A stretch of DNA of 64,000 bases from Gammaproteobacteria bacterium (GTDB lineage: Bacteria; Pseudomonadota; Gammaproteobacteria; CAJXQU01), in contig CBDEGZ010000003.1 of NCBI GenBank assembly GCA_965238175.1, positions 1,312,001 to 1,376,000 on the forward strand, in the 5' to 3' direction. Shown in pieces: positions 54,487-64,000 of this stretch (its first letter is position 1; each line of letters begins with the position of its first letter). Under the pieces are notes generated by a model. That model ran no database searches. It worked only from the letters and a program-made list of their open reading frames with translations, and had not been told where the DNA came from. Made by a program: the position numbers and the translations under genes.

Positions 54487-55227
54487 TTATTCCTTTAGTG
54501 CGATCAAGGATGCGAAGTTAAAATATTGAAACCAGACTTCTGCACTTTTAAACCCGACACTATTAAGCCGCTGTTTGTGAGTTTCTAATGTCTCAGGGAT
54601 TAAAATATTTTCTAATGCCGATCGTTTTTGACTGATCTCCAGGTCGGAATAACCATTATTTTTTTTAAACATTTCATGCATTTTAATGTGTAATTTATTT
54701 TGATCAGGATCTTCGTAATCTAACTTTTCTGAGAGTATGAGAATTCCGCCAGGCAACATGCCAGCAAAAATGTTATTTAGAAATAATTCGCGATCTTCTA
54801 ACGGGATAAATTGTAGTGTGAAATTGAGTACCACAACGGAAGCGCTAGAGATGTTAATATCTCGAATATCACCACGAACCAGGTCAACATTAACATTACT
54901 CTCCTCACGAGCAAGTATCTTTCGACAATCCTCGATCATTGCGGGAGAGTTATCGACTGCAATGATCTTATCAATTTTTGAGTTATTTCTATTTTGCAAG
55001 TGATGACGCATTGATAGTGTTGCCGCTCCCAGCGAACAACCCAGGTCATAGCAAACGCTGTTTGGTTGAGCAAACTTATCGGCTAACAAGCCAATTGCCG
55101 ATATAATGGTTTGATATCCGGGGACCGATCGTTCGATCATATCGGAAAAAACATTAACCACATGCTCATCAAAGGCAAAGCCTGAAATGTCGTCAAGTGG
55201 TTTTGTGTAAATCGTGTCGCGAGTCAT
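54487..55227 (-). CDS. cmoA: Carboxy-SAM synthase
   Basis: DMIERSVPGY, YDLGCSLGA, VLNFTLQF, EISQKR. Confidence 0.96.
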   Translation of the reverse strand: MTRDTIYTKPLDDISGFAFDEHVVNVFSDMIERSVPGYQTIISAIGLLADKFAQPNSVCYDLGCSLGAATLSMRHHLQNRNNSKIDKIIAVDNSPAMIEDCRKILAREESNVNVDLVRGDIRDINISSASVVVLNFTLQFIPLEDRELFLNNIFAGMLPGGILILSEKLDYEDPDQNKLHIKMHEMFKKNNGYSDLEISQKRSALENILIPETLETHKQRLNSVGFKSAEVWFQYFNFASLIALKE

Positions 55228-55252
55228 TAGAGTTGAAAATTATAAAAGAATT

Positions 55253-56134
55253 ATGAAAAAAGTTGATCAATGGACCCCAGAATACTGGAACACTTCTCCT
55301 ATGTTTGATGATCACCGTCGATTTATAGGTCAAGCCATAGATCGAACGAGTGAAAAAAAGCACTGGGAAGACTGGCCTGATTGTAATGAACTTAACCAAT
55401 TGTGGCTACAATGGCCACATAAAAATAAAACCCTATCCGGTTATGAAACCCAATTTGTGCCTCAATCGTCACTCAAGGATAGCGCGGTATATTATGAGGA
55501 ACATATTTTCTCTAGTGGAAAAATTCCTACAAGAGATCAAAACTGGCATGACTTTTTTAACGCACAAGTGTGGTTACAATTTCCCAAAATAAAAGCCGTG
55601 ATTAATGCACAGCACATAGAAGAAATAAAAAAGCATGATCAAAGTACAAGTTCAGAAACGAGTCAAAAAAACAGCCTAAACAATAGAAACAGGAAACGAG
55701 ATGCTTTGACGCTTTTTGATGAATCAGGGGTTATTTTTGTTACACCTGAGAAAAAGGTGATCGAAGACTTGTGTTCGCACCAGTGGAAAGAGCTATTTAT
55801 ACAAAAAAGACAACAGTGGTGGGAATCAATATCTGTTTATATTTTTGGACATGGACTTTACGAGAAAGCACTTTCGCCCTATGTAGGTATGACAGGTAAT
55901 GCGATGCCGCTAATAGTCGAGGAATTATTTTTTGATCAGAATAGAACATTACAAATTAAAGAGCTTGATCAAAAAATATCACATGCCATACAAGAGCAAA
56001 AAATATTAGAAACATCTTCATGCTTAAACCCCTTACCCTTGCTGGGTATACCTAGGTGGTGGCAAGAAAACAAAAACGAAAGTTTTTACGATAATAAAAA
56101 TTATTTCAGGCCTAAAAGAAACAATAAATCATAG
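55253..56134 (+). CDS. DUF3025-family protein
   Basis: YEEHI...IPTR..NWHDFFNA.VW..FPK, RDALTLFDESG, FGHGLYEK; start uncertain (ORF from 55214). Confidence 0.8.
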   Translation: MKKVDQWTPEYWNTSPMFDDHRRFIGQAIDRTSEKKHWEDWPDCNELNQLWLQWPHKNKTLSGYETQFVPQSSLKDSAVYYEEHIFSSGKIPTRDQNWHDFFNAQVWLQFPKIKAVINAQHIEEIKKHDQSTSSETSQKNSLNNRNRKRDALTLFDESGVIFVTPEKKVIEDLCSHQWKELFIQKRQQWWESISVYIFGHGLYEKALSPYVGMTGNAMPLIVEELFFDQNRTLQIKELDQKISHAIQEQKILETSSCLNPLPLLGIPRWWQENKNESFYDNKNYFRPKRNNKS

Positions 56135-56157
56135 CCAATCAATAATATTAGGTAATA

Positions 56158-56622
56158 ATGAATACTAAAAAATCACTTGTAAATAATGGTCTTTACGTCG
56201 TTCTTGTCAGCTTGCCTGTCGCGGTGATAGGGTTACTCATATTGCAGAAAAATCTTCCAATGGGGCCGATCGTACTCGCAATGACAAACATTCCCATAGT
56301 GGGGTTGCTGATCGCAAAACGATCAGTTTTGAGTGCCGTTCCAGATCTTATTTTCGGCGCTATTGATACAGGACTTTTGACGATTCCTGTATTAGCGGGT
56401 GGTATAACGTTTGGCGTTGCTGGCGGTGTGATTGGAGATGCTTTGAGTGATGGTATAGCAGGTTTTTTTGAAGGATCTATTGCTGAATGGTTACGTGAAA
56501 AAGGGATTGAAGAATCGCGTGAAAGCGTAACAACAGGACTTTGTAAGATGGCTGGTTGCTTACTTGGTAGTGGTCTGGTTTTGAGTGTGGCTTTATTGTT
56601 TGGAATTGATCCTGGAAGATAA
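56158..56622 (+). CDS. Hypothetical membrane protein
   Basis: Hydrophobic 154-aa ORF with Gly-rich helices. Confidence 0.6.
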   Translation: MNTKKSLVNNGLYVVLVSLPVAVIGLLILQKNLPMGPIVLAMTNIPIVGLLIAKRSVLSAVPDLIFGAIDTGLLTIPVLAGGITFGVAGGVIGDALSDGIAGFFEGSIAEWLREKGIEESRESVTTGLCKMAGCLLGSGLVLSVALLFGIDPGR

Positions 56623-56729
56623 GGCACCTTATTTGTAACGGTAATTATTTATGTAGACACACCATTCTGAGGGTTGGTATAAGTTAAAAGGAAAACCATC
56701 CCTGGTTGTCTCTTTTTAATGACTGTTGA

Positions 56730-56900
56730 TCATAAATCTTTGAACAAGGCTCCTATAACAAGCAGGATGAACCCAACGGCTATGAGCCAGAATTGATTTG
56801 GTGTAGCAAACGGTATTGCGACGAAATGGCCGATTATGCCGAGAACTCCGATGACTAGCGCAATTAAAAATATATTCTGAGTTGGTGCACTTAAATTCAT
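56730..56900 (-). CDS. Small two-helix membrane protein (56 aa, below ORF-track cutoff)
   Basis: MNLSAPTQNIFLIALVIGVLGIIGHFVAIPFATPNQFWLIAVGFILLVIGALFKDL; GAGG RBS upstream. Confidence 0.75.
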   Translation of the reverse strand: MNLSAPTQNIFLIALVIGVLGIIGHFVAIPFATPNQFWLIAVGFILLVIGALFKDL

Positions 56901-57019
56901 AATTTTTTCCTCTTCTAGTTATTGTTATTAGGCGTCAATAATTATGCGCCAAAAGAAACTATAAATCCAATGAGTTGAAAAATTGACTATTTAATGTCTA
57001 GGTAATACATATACTTGTA

Positions 57020-57670
57020 TTATTTATAGATAGATTCCAATTTTTTCTTATCTTTCCATTCACACAGATCATAAATTGGACACTCTTCACATTTGGGATT
57101 TCGTGCGATGCAAGTGTATCGTCCGTGCAATATCAACCAATGATGAGCATTAACCTTAAATTCGTCAGGGATAAACTTAAGCAACTTTTTTTCAACTTCC
57201 AGAACGTTTTTTCCAGGTGCAATTTTGGTTCGATTTGAGACACGAAATATATGCGTATCTACAGCAATGGTTGGCTCACCGAAAGCAGTATTGAGGATCA
57301 CATTTGCGGTTTTTCTACCAACACCGGGCAGGGCTTCTAATGATTCGCGATCGCGAGGTACTTCGCTTCCATGTTCGTCGACAAGAAGCTTACAGGTTTT
57401 GATCACATTTTCTGCTTTTGTATTAAATAAACCGATTGTTTTTATATATTTTTTTAGATCTTCCACACCAAGTTTATAAATCGCTTCTGGTGTGTTGGCG
57501 ATTTTATAAAGTGGCGTAGTAGCTTTGTTAACGCTAACATCAGTTGCTTGTGCTGATAGGATAACTGCGATCAATAATTCAAATGGACTGGTGTAGTTTA
57601 ATTCAGTGGTTGGATTAGGATTCTTTGATCTCAGTCGCGTGAATATTTCGCTACGTTTTTCTTTATTCAT
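57020..57670 (-). CDS. nth: Endonuclease III
   Basis: LSAQATD, LPGVGRKTAN, VDTH, C-x6-C-x2-C-x5-C. Confidence 0.98.
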   Translation of the reverse strand: MNKEKRSEIFTRLRSKNPNPTTELNYTSPFELLIAVILSAQATDVSVNKATTPLYKIANTPEAIYKLGVEDLKKYIKTIGLFNTKAENVIKTCKLLVDEHGSEVPRDRESLEALPGVGRKTANVILNTAFGEPTIAVDTHIFRVSNRTKIAPGKNVLEVEKKLLKFIPDEFKVNAHHWLILHGRYTCIARNPKCEECPIYDLCEWKDKKKLESIYK

Positions 57671-57702
57671 GTTATTTAGGTTGTTTAATTTACGTGACTT
57701 AT

Positions 57703-60700
57703 CTATTTTTCGAGCTTATATAAAAAATCCATACCAGAGTTTGTGCCAGAATCTGCTTCGATAGACCAGCGTTTGGATAAATCATAACGTAATTTTAATT
57801 GCGCAACAGGATCAAAAATACCGATCCCGTAACTAATATAAAGTTTTGGTGTGAGGTATTTTCCAAGTTTAACTGAGGCATCATCGGGGCTATCTCCACC
57901 AATAGAAAATTCATCAAGCCCAAACTGCTGACCGATATTTTGGGTTAGTATTTCGGCACCTTTAAATCCTAGTGATTGTGCAGCTCCGACCAGAAGCGCA
58001 CTGTCGCCAGAAGATGCCTCACTTATTGGCCGACCAATCATTACATAAGAAAGTATATCGTCCTGATTCATAGATGGTTTTGAAAACAAGGTAAGTCTGG
58101 GTTCGGTCGCAGGACCAGTCACGTGTACACCTGCAGTGACGTTTTTAGCTTTGCGGACAGCTTTTAGATCAAGATCAGGTGAATCGATAGGGCCGCCTGC
58201 AAATAATATTTTGCCATTCTCAATATCTAACTTTTGACCATAAGCGGAATATTGACCATCGTAAATATTTATTTCTCCTGTTCCTGTCGTTGGTTTCCCG
58301 GGAATACTGTTCATTTGTAAAGCACCTTTGAGAGAACCACTGAAGCCTGTAGCGGAGAGAGAAATTTTATCTCCAAGGATCACTTTAATATCGGTTGTGA
58401 TATTCATTCCAGCAGAGGATTCTTTAGTGGTTTCTTGTTCACCGATAATGACCACGTCTTTTGACACAGGGACTGCACTGGCGATTTCTTGAGGTTCGAG
58501 GTTTGCTTCTGGAATGAGAACTTCACCACTAATGTCTAACTTATTATTTTGACTACTGATATTGATTTTTGGAGACATAAGTACCCAGGCTTCAGGTAAG
58601 TTTAGAAGCTCAAATCTGTCGCCTTTAATTTCAAGCTTGATAGGGAAAGCGCTTTCGGTTTTGGATTCTGATGAGAGAGAGTCGAGATCAACAGTTCCGT
58701 TTAGATCAAGCTGACCTTCACCAGATTTCATTTGAGCTTGTAGTGCTAGTGTTTTGTTATTGGGACTGGTCACATCGAGTTTAATGTCTTCTAGCTGGAT
58801 ACCTGCACTGGGCAGGAAGACTTCTGCCGCGAGTCGTGTATGACCTTTAATTTCCGGTTTGCTAATCGTTCCAGCAATGCGTAAGTCCACATCAACATTA
58901 CCTTTAAGATCTTCAACTTCTGGAGTTAAGATCTGAATAAATGATAAGTCATCAATCTTCGTTGTGATTTGGCCGCTTAGTGGCAATGTTTTGAAATCGA
59001 CATTACCTGGATCAAATGATTTAGTTTCGAAGCTTGCCTTTATCGGACTGTTGGCTGGTTGCGCAAGATCAAAAAATAAAGAAGCTTTGGTTTTGCTTTC
59101 ATCTATGACAACGCCTAATGATGAAGGCTTATATTCAAAACGATTTCCATTTTCAGTATCAGCACCAGGAAGCGTAATAGAACCTGCTGAAGTATTGAGA
59201 TTTAAATTTCCGCGAATATTCTTGCTGCCTACTCCCGAAGCTGTCAATGTTGATGAGACTGTTCCAGCAAGGCTTATATCTTCAGGCATGAAAGTACTTA
59301 ATAAAGTCAGTGGTATTTGAACTAGATCTGAGTTTGTTTTCCACCCGCTATCGCTGTTCCAATGTAAGCCAGTACAAATAGAAGCTTGTTTTTGAGTTAG
59401 GCAAAGTTTATCAAGGTCGACCTTTTGACTTGATGCGACTAGATTTTCCGGTGAAGTTAATTTCCACAAACCAAGCTTTGATTCTTTGAGCGATATCTCT
59501 TGAATTACACCACTCCAAACTTCATTTTTCAAACCTCCTTTGCTGACAAAACGAAGGTTGTTTTGATCTTGTTTAACTTCTGCCTTTAGAGTGTGAGCAG
59601 CTACAGAGCCAGAACTAATTAGCTCAATATCGTCAATATTATTTACTCCCAGGATCAATTGTGAGGAATGGATCTGTATATCGAATTTCTGATCATTGGT
59701 TAAATTTTTATCCTGTGAAAGATCTAAGTTAACCTTGGAAGAAACTTCTCCGATTTGTAGGTCAGGTAATTTTATGTTTTTTCCTTTCAAGGTTACCGCG
59801 ACTGAAGGCGAAGTCGTAGAACCTTTAACGGTGCCTTGAGCATTTAGTTGGCCACCAGCTTCGGGAACAACTTGTTTTAAATTGGGAGAGTCTAAAGACC
59901 AAACAAGATCAAATTCTTTTCCGGCATTACCGCTAGCTTTTAATTCGGACTTGCCAGACATAAGGCGGAGAGTTTTTATATCAATAAGATCGTTTATTAA
60001 TTCAAGATCAGCAAATGCGTTAACGGGATAGCCGCGTAATTGTCCAATAATAGACGTATTTTTAACGATAGCTGAAAGCTGTCCTTCTATTTTATCTCCT
60101 GATACTTCAGCGGATAAATTCAACTTTCCTGGCCATTTACTTTCTAATTCTCCAGGCAATTTGCCGGGATCAATATTTTTCCCACCGAGTTGAAAATCCC
60201 AAGTTATCTTTTCACCCCAGCCGATCTTTCCAACCAGATCTATTGCCCCATTAAGTAGATCAGCATGGAGGGAGGATAGATCAAAATCAGAACTTGTGCC
60301 TTTTCCGGAAAGGATCAAATCATCAACCACTATTTGTGGATGATCAACTGAGGTTTGCAGTTTGATCAAATAGTCTTCCAGTTGACCAGAAACTTTAAAA
60401 TTTCCAGTCGGGCTTTTTATTGCTTGAGTATTACTTTCTACGGTTTGTTGCCAGACAATATTATTCCAGTCACCTGAGAGATCAAAAGACAATGGAGATA
60501 CTCCCCAATTAACTTGGCCTTTAGATTTGATCTGCCCAGATAAGAGCTTGCTGATTAAATCATCAATAATAAATTTTTGATCATTGCCATGACCTTCGAG
60601 ATTAAGCGCAACATCACCAACATCTGCTTGATTGATAGAGGTTTGAATATTTATTTTATAATTTTCAGGGCTGCCACTAAGTTGTAAAGTCCCTTGTTCT

Positions 60701-61818
60701 GTTTTTATATCCGGCTCGCCTTCCAGGGGCCAGCGTAAGTTTTGCCAGTTGCCATTCAGGTTTAATTGTAGAATATCAGCAAATTGAATTTCGCCGTTTA
60801 GATCAATAAGAGCATCTATTTCATTAGACTTGATGCTCAAGCTATTTAGTTTGATTTCATTAGAAATTGCTTGTTCTAGATCAATATTTCCGTTCCAAAT
60901 ACCAGATTCTTCACTGGTGATTAGATAGTCTCCAATGAGCTTTATTTGTTGAAGATTACCTTCAGCTTTTAATCCCATATTAAAAGATATTGTAGGTAAA
61001 TCTGTTTTGATTTTTTGTATTTGAAATTGATCTGCTTTAACAATGGCATTCCAATTTAAATCGGTGAGAGGTTGCTTTATTTTTGCGTTAACCGAAAGTT
61101 CCTCAGGCGAGATTAAATTTTGTTCAATCATCAATTCTTGAAGATCGCCAGCCAGTTTTCCTGCACCAGATAATTCAGGAAGATCTGGTAACTTGACGTT
61201 CCATTGGATATCAAAATCTAATGGATAATGCTCACGTGTTTGAACCATGCCTGAAATTTCAGTTGCAACGGTGATATCTCCAGTTTTCATTGCCAGTTGA
61301 AATGGGGCAACCTGGATTGCTTTTTGATCTGCATCGAGTGAAAAAGATATTTTGTCGAGTTTTTGAGTCGTATCGTTTTTTAGCGAATAATATTTTGCAT
61401 TTGTTAGCAAAAATTTCTCTATTGTAATGGGAATAGGTAACTGAAAATCTGGTAATTCGAAAGGTTCATCGGAAGGTGGTTTTGATGATAAATCATTTAT
61501 CGTAATGCCGTCGATATTGATCAGTTTAATGTATAACTCAGGGATGAGTTTTGAATTTAGTAAGTCTGCAGGTTGCCACTCAAATTCAAATTGATCCATG
61601 GTAATTTCTATCTCGTCGAGAGAGATCTTTAAATTTTCAAATTGCAGTTTATCCCTCAGTCTGCCTTTCAAACCGGATGCCGTGATTTGATCAGAATAAT
61701 GCTTGCTGATGGTTGTCCAGACTAGTTGTGTGCCTTTTTCTGTACTGATAAAAAAAATACTGATCAGTAGTAAAATAAGTAGAACAAAAAAGGCAGTTAA
61801 GATGCGCCACAAAATCAC
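57703..61818 (-). CDS. tamB: Translocation and assembly module TamB
   Basis: 1371 aa, N-terminal anchor, C-terminal DUF490 (AYGQKL, LGKYLTPKLYISYG). Confidence 0.92.
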   Translation of the reverse strand: MILWRILTAFFVLLILLLISIFFISTEKGTQLVWTTISKHYSDQITASGLKGRLRDKLQFENLKISLDEIEITMDQFEFEWQPADLLNSKLIPELYIKLINIDGITINDLSSKPPSDEPFELPDFQLPIPITIEKFLLTNAKYYSLKNDTTQKLDKISFSLDADQKAIQVAPFQLAMKTGDITVATEISGMVQTREHYPLDFDIQWNVKLPDLPELSGAGKLAGDLQELMIEQNLISPEELSVNAKIKQPLTDLNWNAIVKADQFQIQKIKTDLPTISFNMGLKAEGNLQQIKLIGDYLITSEESGIWNGNIDLEQAISNEIKLNSLSIKSNEIDALIDLNGEIQFADILQLNLNGNWQNLRWPLEGEPDIKTEQGTLQLSGSPENYKINIQTSINQADVGDVALNLEGHGNDQKFIIDDLISKLLSGQIKSKGQVNWGVSPLSFDLSGDWNNIVWQQTVESNTQAIKSPTGNFKVSGQLEDYLIKLQTSVDHPQIVVDDLILSGKGTSSDFDLSSLHADLLNGAIDLVGKIGWGEKITWDFQLGGKNIDPGKLPGELESKWPGKLNLSAEVSGDKIEGQLSAIVKNTSIIGQLRGYPVNAFADLELINDLIDIKTLRLMSGKSELKASGNAGKEFDLVWSLDSPNLKQVVPEAGGQLNAQGTVKGSTTSPSVAVTLKGKNIKLPDLQIGEVSSKVNLDLSQDKNLTNDQKFDIQIHSSQLILGVNNIDDIELISSGSVAAHTLKAEVKQDQNNLRFVSKGGLKNEVWSGVIQEISLKESKLGLWKLTSPENLVASSQKVDLDKLCLTQKQASICTGLHWNSDSGWKTNSDLVQIPLTLLSTFMPEDISLAGTVSSTLTASGVGSKNIRGNLNLNTSAGSITLPGADTENGNRFEYKPSSLGVVIDESKTKASLFFDLAQPANSPIKASFETKSFDPGNVDFKTLPLSGQITTKIDDLSFIQILTPEVEDLKGNVDVDLRIAGTISKPEIKGHTRLAAEVFLPSAGIQLEDIKLDVTSPNNKTLALQAQMKSGEGQLDLNGTVDLDSLSSESKTESAFPIKLEIKGDRFELLNLPEAWVLMSPKINISSQNNKLDISGEVLIPEANLEPQEIASAVPVSKDVVIIGEQETTKESSAGMNITTDIKVILGDKISLSATGFSGSLKGALQMNSIPGKPTTGTGEINIYDGQYSAYGQKLDIENGKILFAGGPIDSPDLDLKAVRKAKNVTAGVHVTGPATEPRLTLFSKPSMNQDDILSYVMIGRPISEASSGDSALLVGAAQSLGFKGAEILTQNIGQQFGLDEFSIGGDSPDDASVKLGKYLTPKLYISYGIGIFDPVAQLKLRYDLSKRWSIEADSGTNSGMDFLYKLEK

Positions 61819-63581
61819 AGATCGGGTCCAATCATAATATGTAGCCGGATCGGTTTGTCTGGATCTGAAATTCCTGATGCAAGATCAACCCTGACCAGAC
61901 CTACCGGTGAGAACCAACGAAGTCCAAAACCGACGCTATATTCAATATCATCACCGAAATCATTAAAAGCATTACCTGCATCGACAAAACTTGCTAACGC
62001 CCAATTCTTCTTAATACGGTGCTCATACTCGAGACTACCGACGGCTAAATATTTGCCACCAATAACATCTCCATTGCTGTCTCTGGGGCCAAGATCTTCA
62101 TAATCAAAGCCGCGAATACTGTTGTCGCCACCGGCGAAGTAACGCAATGCGGTTGGTAATTTATCAAAATCGTTGACGCTGGTTGCGCCAATATTGCCAC
62201 GTACAATTACACGACCATTTTTCCAAAAAGATCGAATGTATTTTCCATTTAGACTAGCTTGTATAAGCGATACATCTGATAGAATACTTTCAGATGCACC
62301 ACGAATATTTAGATCAACATGGAAACCATTTTTCGTGTATGTCGGGTTGTTAGTTTCAGTCAGACTCCAGGTTATGCTTGGCATTAAAAGTACAGAACTT
62401 CTTTCAGTTGTGCCGATCTCGAAATTTTCTATTAAATAAGAAAGATTGATGGTTTCATCCCAACCCCAGCGTTTTTGTCGGTAATTTATGCCCAAATTTA
62501 ATGTATCACTTTTACTGGTATCTGTGTTTTCTCGTTCTAGTTTTCCACCAAAGTCCAGTTCACGTCCTTTTTTTGGGTAGTGTGGTAGCGTGTAATTAGT
62601 TGTAATGGTTGATAAAACCGGCGACAGTTTTATATCGGCACCTGCTCGATGACCACGATCATTAATGTAGCGGCTTTCCCAACCGAATTTTATCCGAGGA
62701 CCTGTATCGGTTCCAAAGCCGACTCCTGCGGTATAGCGATTGCGTTTTTTTGGCGATAATTTAACTTGAATAGGAACGTTATTATCCGAGATTAGATCTT
62801 GCTTTGGACGGACTTCTACATTTTCAAAGTAGTCTGTATTCGATAAAGTTTGTTGCAATTTCACCAGCAAACTATTTTCGTAAGGCTGGCCTTCTTCAAA
62901 GGTTTGTAGTTCTAATAACGTTGCGTAACTAATCGGGGATTTTGAATAACGAACTTCACCAAAGGAATATCGAGTTTCACTATTAAAATGCAGTGTGACT
63001 TTTGCGCTGTTCTTTTTCAGATCAACTTCAACTTTATTTTCAGAAAAAACAGCATCGAAGTAGCCACGCGCTGCTGCGAGGCGTTGTATGTCTTTTTTAG
63101 TTTTCTCATATAAACCATGGTGCATGACGTCACCTGATTTGAGGGGTAATTCTTCACGTAGTTTTTGAAACGCCTGATCATTAGCTGCATCACCAAAAAA
63201 TTGCAATTCTAATGTACCGACGGTAAGTGGTGCTCCAGCGTCAATTTCATAATGAATTTGCCAAACACCGTCAACTTTATTTAGTTCAGATTGAATAATC
63301 GGTTTGTAATAGCCTAAAGCCTGTAGTGCAATTTTGATCTCTTGATCGGCTTTTTTATGCAGCTTTTTAATATTGTTCTCGGTTAAACGTGGATTGTCTT
63401 TTTGCCTTTCTATGCTTAAGGAAGTGAGAATATTTTCTAATAGCGGATCTTCGACACCATCAATAGTGACGCTCACATTTTCCTTAGCGTGAGCAGGCAG
63501 GCTTATGTTTAGGTTGATACCCATGCTGATGGCTAGGTAAAAAGCAATGATACAAATGAGAGGGAAATTTTTAACGTTCAA
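61815..63581 (-). CDS. tamA: Translocation and assembly module TamA
   Basis: POTRA domains, GFGTDTGPR, FAGGDNSIRGF, IGPDL. Confidence 0.93.
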   Translation of the reverse strand: MNVKNFPLICIIAFYLAISMGINLNISLPAHAKENVSVTIDGVEDPLLENILTSLSIERQKDNPRLTENNIKKLHKKADQEIKIALQALGYYKPIIQSELNKVDGVWQIHYEIDAGAPLTVGTLELQFFGDAANDQAFQKLREELPLKSGDVMHHGLYEKTKKDIQRLAAARGYFDAVFSENKVEVDLKKNSAKVTLHFNSETRYSFGEVRYSKSPISYATLLELQTFEEGQPYENSLLVKLQQTLSNTDYFENVEVRPKQDLISDNNVPIQVKLSPKKRNRYTAGVGFGTDTGPRIKFGWESRYINDRGHRAGADIKLSPVLSTITTNYTLPHYPKKGRELDFGGKLERENTDTSKSDTLNLGINYRQKRWGWDETINLSYLIENFEIGTTERSSVLLMPSITWSLTETNNPTYTKNGFHVDLNIRGASESILSDVSLIQASLNGKYIRSFWKNGRVIVRGNIGATSVNDFDKLPTALRYFAGGDNSIRGFDYEDLGPRDSNGDVIGGKYLAVGSLEYEHRIKKNWALASFVDAGNAFNDFGDDIEYSVGFGLRWFSPVGLVRVDLASGISDPDKPIRLHIMIGPDL

Positions 63582-63590
63582 AACAGCTTG

Positions 63591-64000
63591 TTATCGATTA
63601 GTTTTATTAGATGATGTGGCTTTTAGAAGATTACTTAAAGCAATTAGAAGGCCAAGGCAAATAAAACCGCCGGCTGGCAACGATGCAAGAATAAAGGCTT
63701 TATTATTTTGCGCAAGCTGAAGTGAAAATATTTTACCCGACTCACCTACGATCAATTCTATGTCTCTAAATAAACTACCGTAGGCTATTAATTCTCGAAA
63801 TGCGCCGAGCGCAACTAATGTTAGCAAGACTACAAGGCTGTGAAAGGCTGCATCTCTAACAGATCTGATTACGTTATTTTGTGATGCAAAGACAATGGTT
63901 TTATCGAGGATTAAACAATTGGCCGCGACAATGAGTAGATAAACACCAAGTGCAGATCTTAAATCGGGATACCAAGCTTGCATGAGTAGATCGATAATGG
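63591..64000 (-). CDS. rsxE: Rnf/Rsx complex subunit E (5' part outside window)
   Basis: LIVAANCLIL, LGAFRELI..GSLF, LPAGGFICLG. Confidence 0.8.
   Translation of the reverse strand, partial: IIDLLMQAWYPDLRSALGVYLLIVAANCLILDKTIVFASQNNVIRSVRDAAFHSLVVLLTLVALGAFRELIAYGSLFRDIELIVGESGKIFSLQLAQNNKAFILASLPAGGFICLGLLIALSNLLKATSSNKTNR

Noticed and set aside
56193-56627. 144-aa minus-strand ORF
   Set aside because: It is antisense to the more plausible membrane-protein gene 56158-56622

Overview
64-kb chromosomal window from an AT-rich gammaproteobacterium, judged from core gene content and order. Core blocks: aceE-aceF-icd-aceK-pepN; ispB/rplU-rpmA-obg-proB/rpsT/murJ; rppH, cmoAB, nth, tamAB, rnfE/rsxE. 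These are interleaved with many insertion sequences: 3 apparently identical 1263-bp IS3 copies, 3 near-identical 1226-bp IS481 copies, 2 IS4 copies, an IS30 relic and several IS3 relics. There are also numerous single-lesion pseudogenes, a pattern typical of a genome in early reduction (inference). Main observations: (1) a 25.25-kb IS4-bounded segment carrying essential genes sits inside one small gene, whose two halves, target-site duplication and flanking 19-bp inverted repeats can be rejoined; (2) a decaying array of Bacteroidetes-like ORFs is separated by attC-like palindromic spacers, with no integrase in the window; (3) a switch-like structured 5' leader with partial glycine-riboswitch-like architecture precedes a divergent class V aminotransferase; (4) two 2OG-Fe(II) oxygenases look phage-derived, one resembling the collagen lysyl-hydroxylase catalytic domain; (5) short GGGTCAG/CTGACCC-type inverted repeats mark accessory-DNA boundaries. 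No rRNA, tRNA or CRISPR array was seen. Family assignments come from motif recognition, not database searches.
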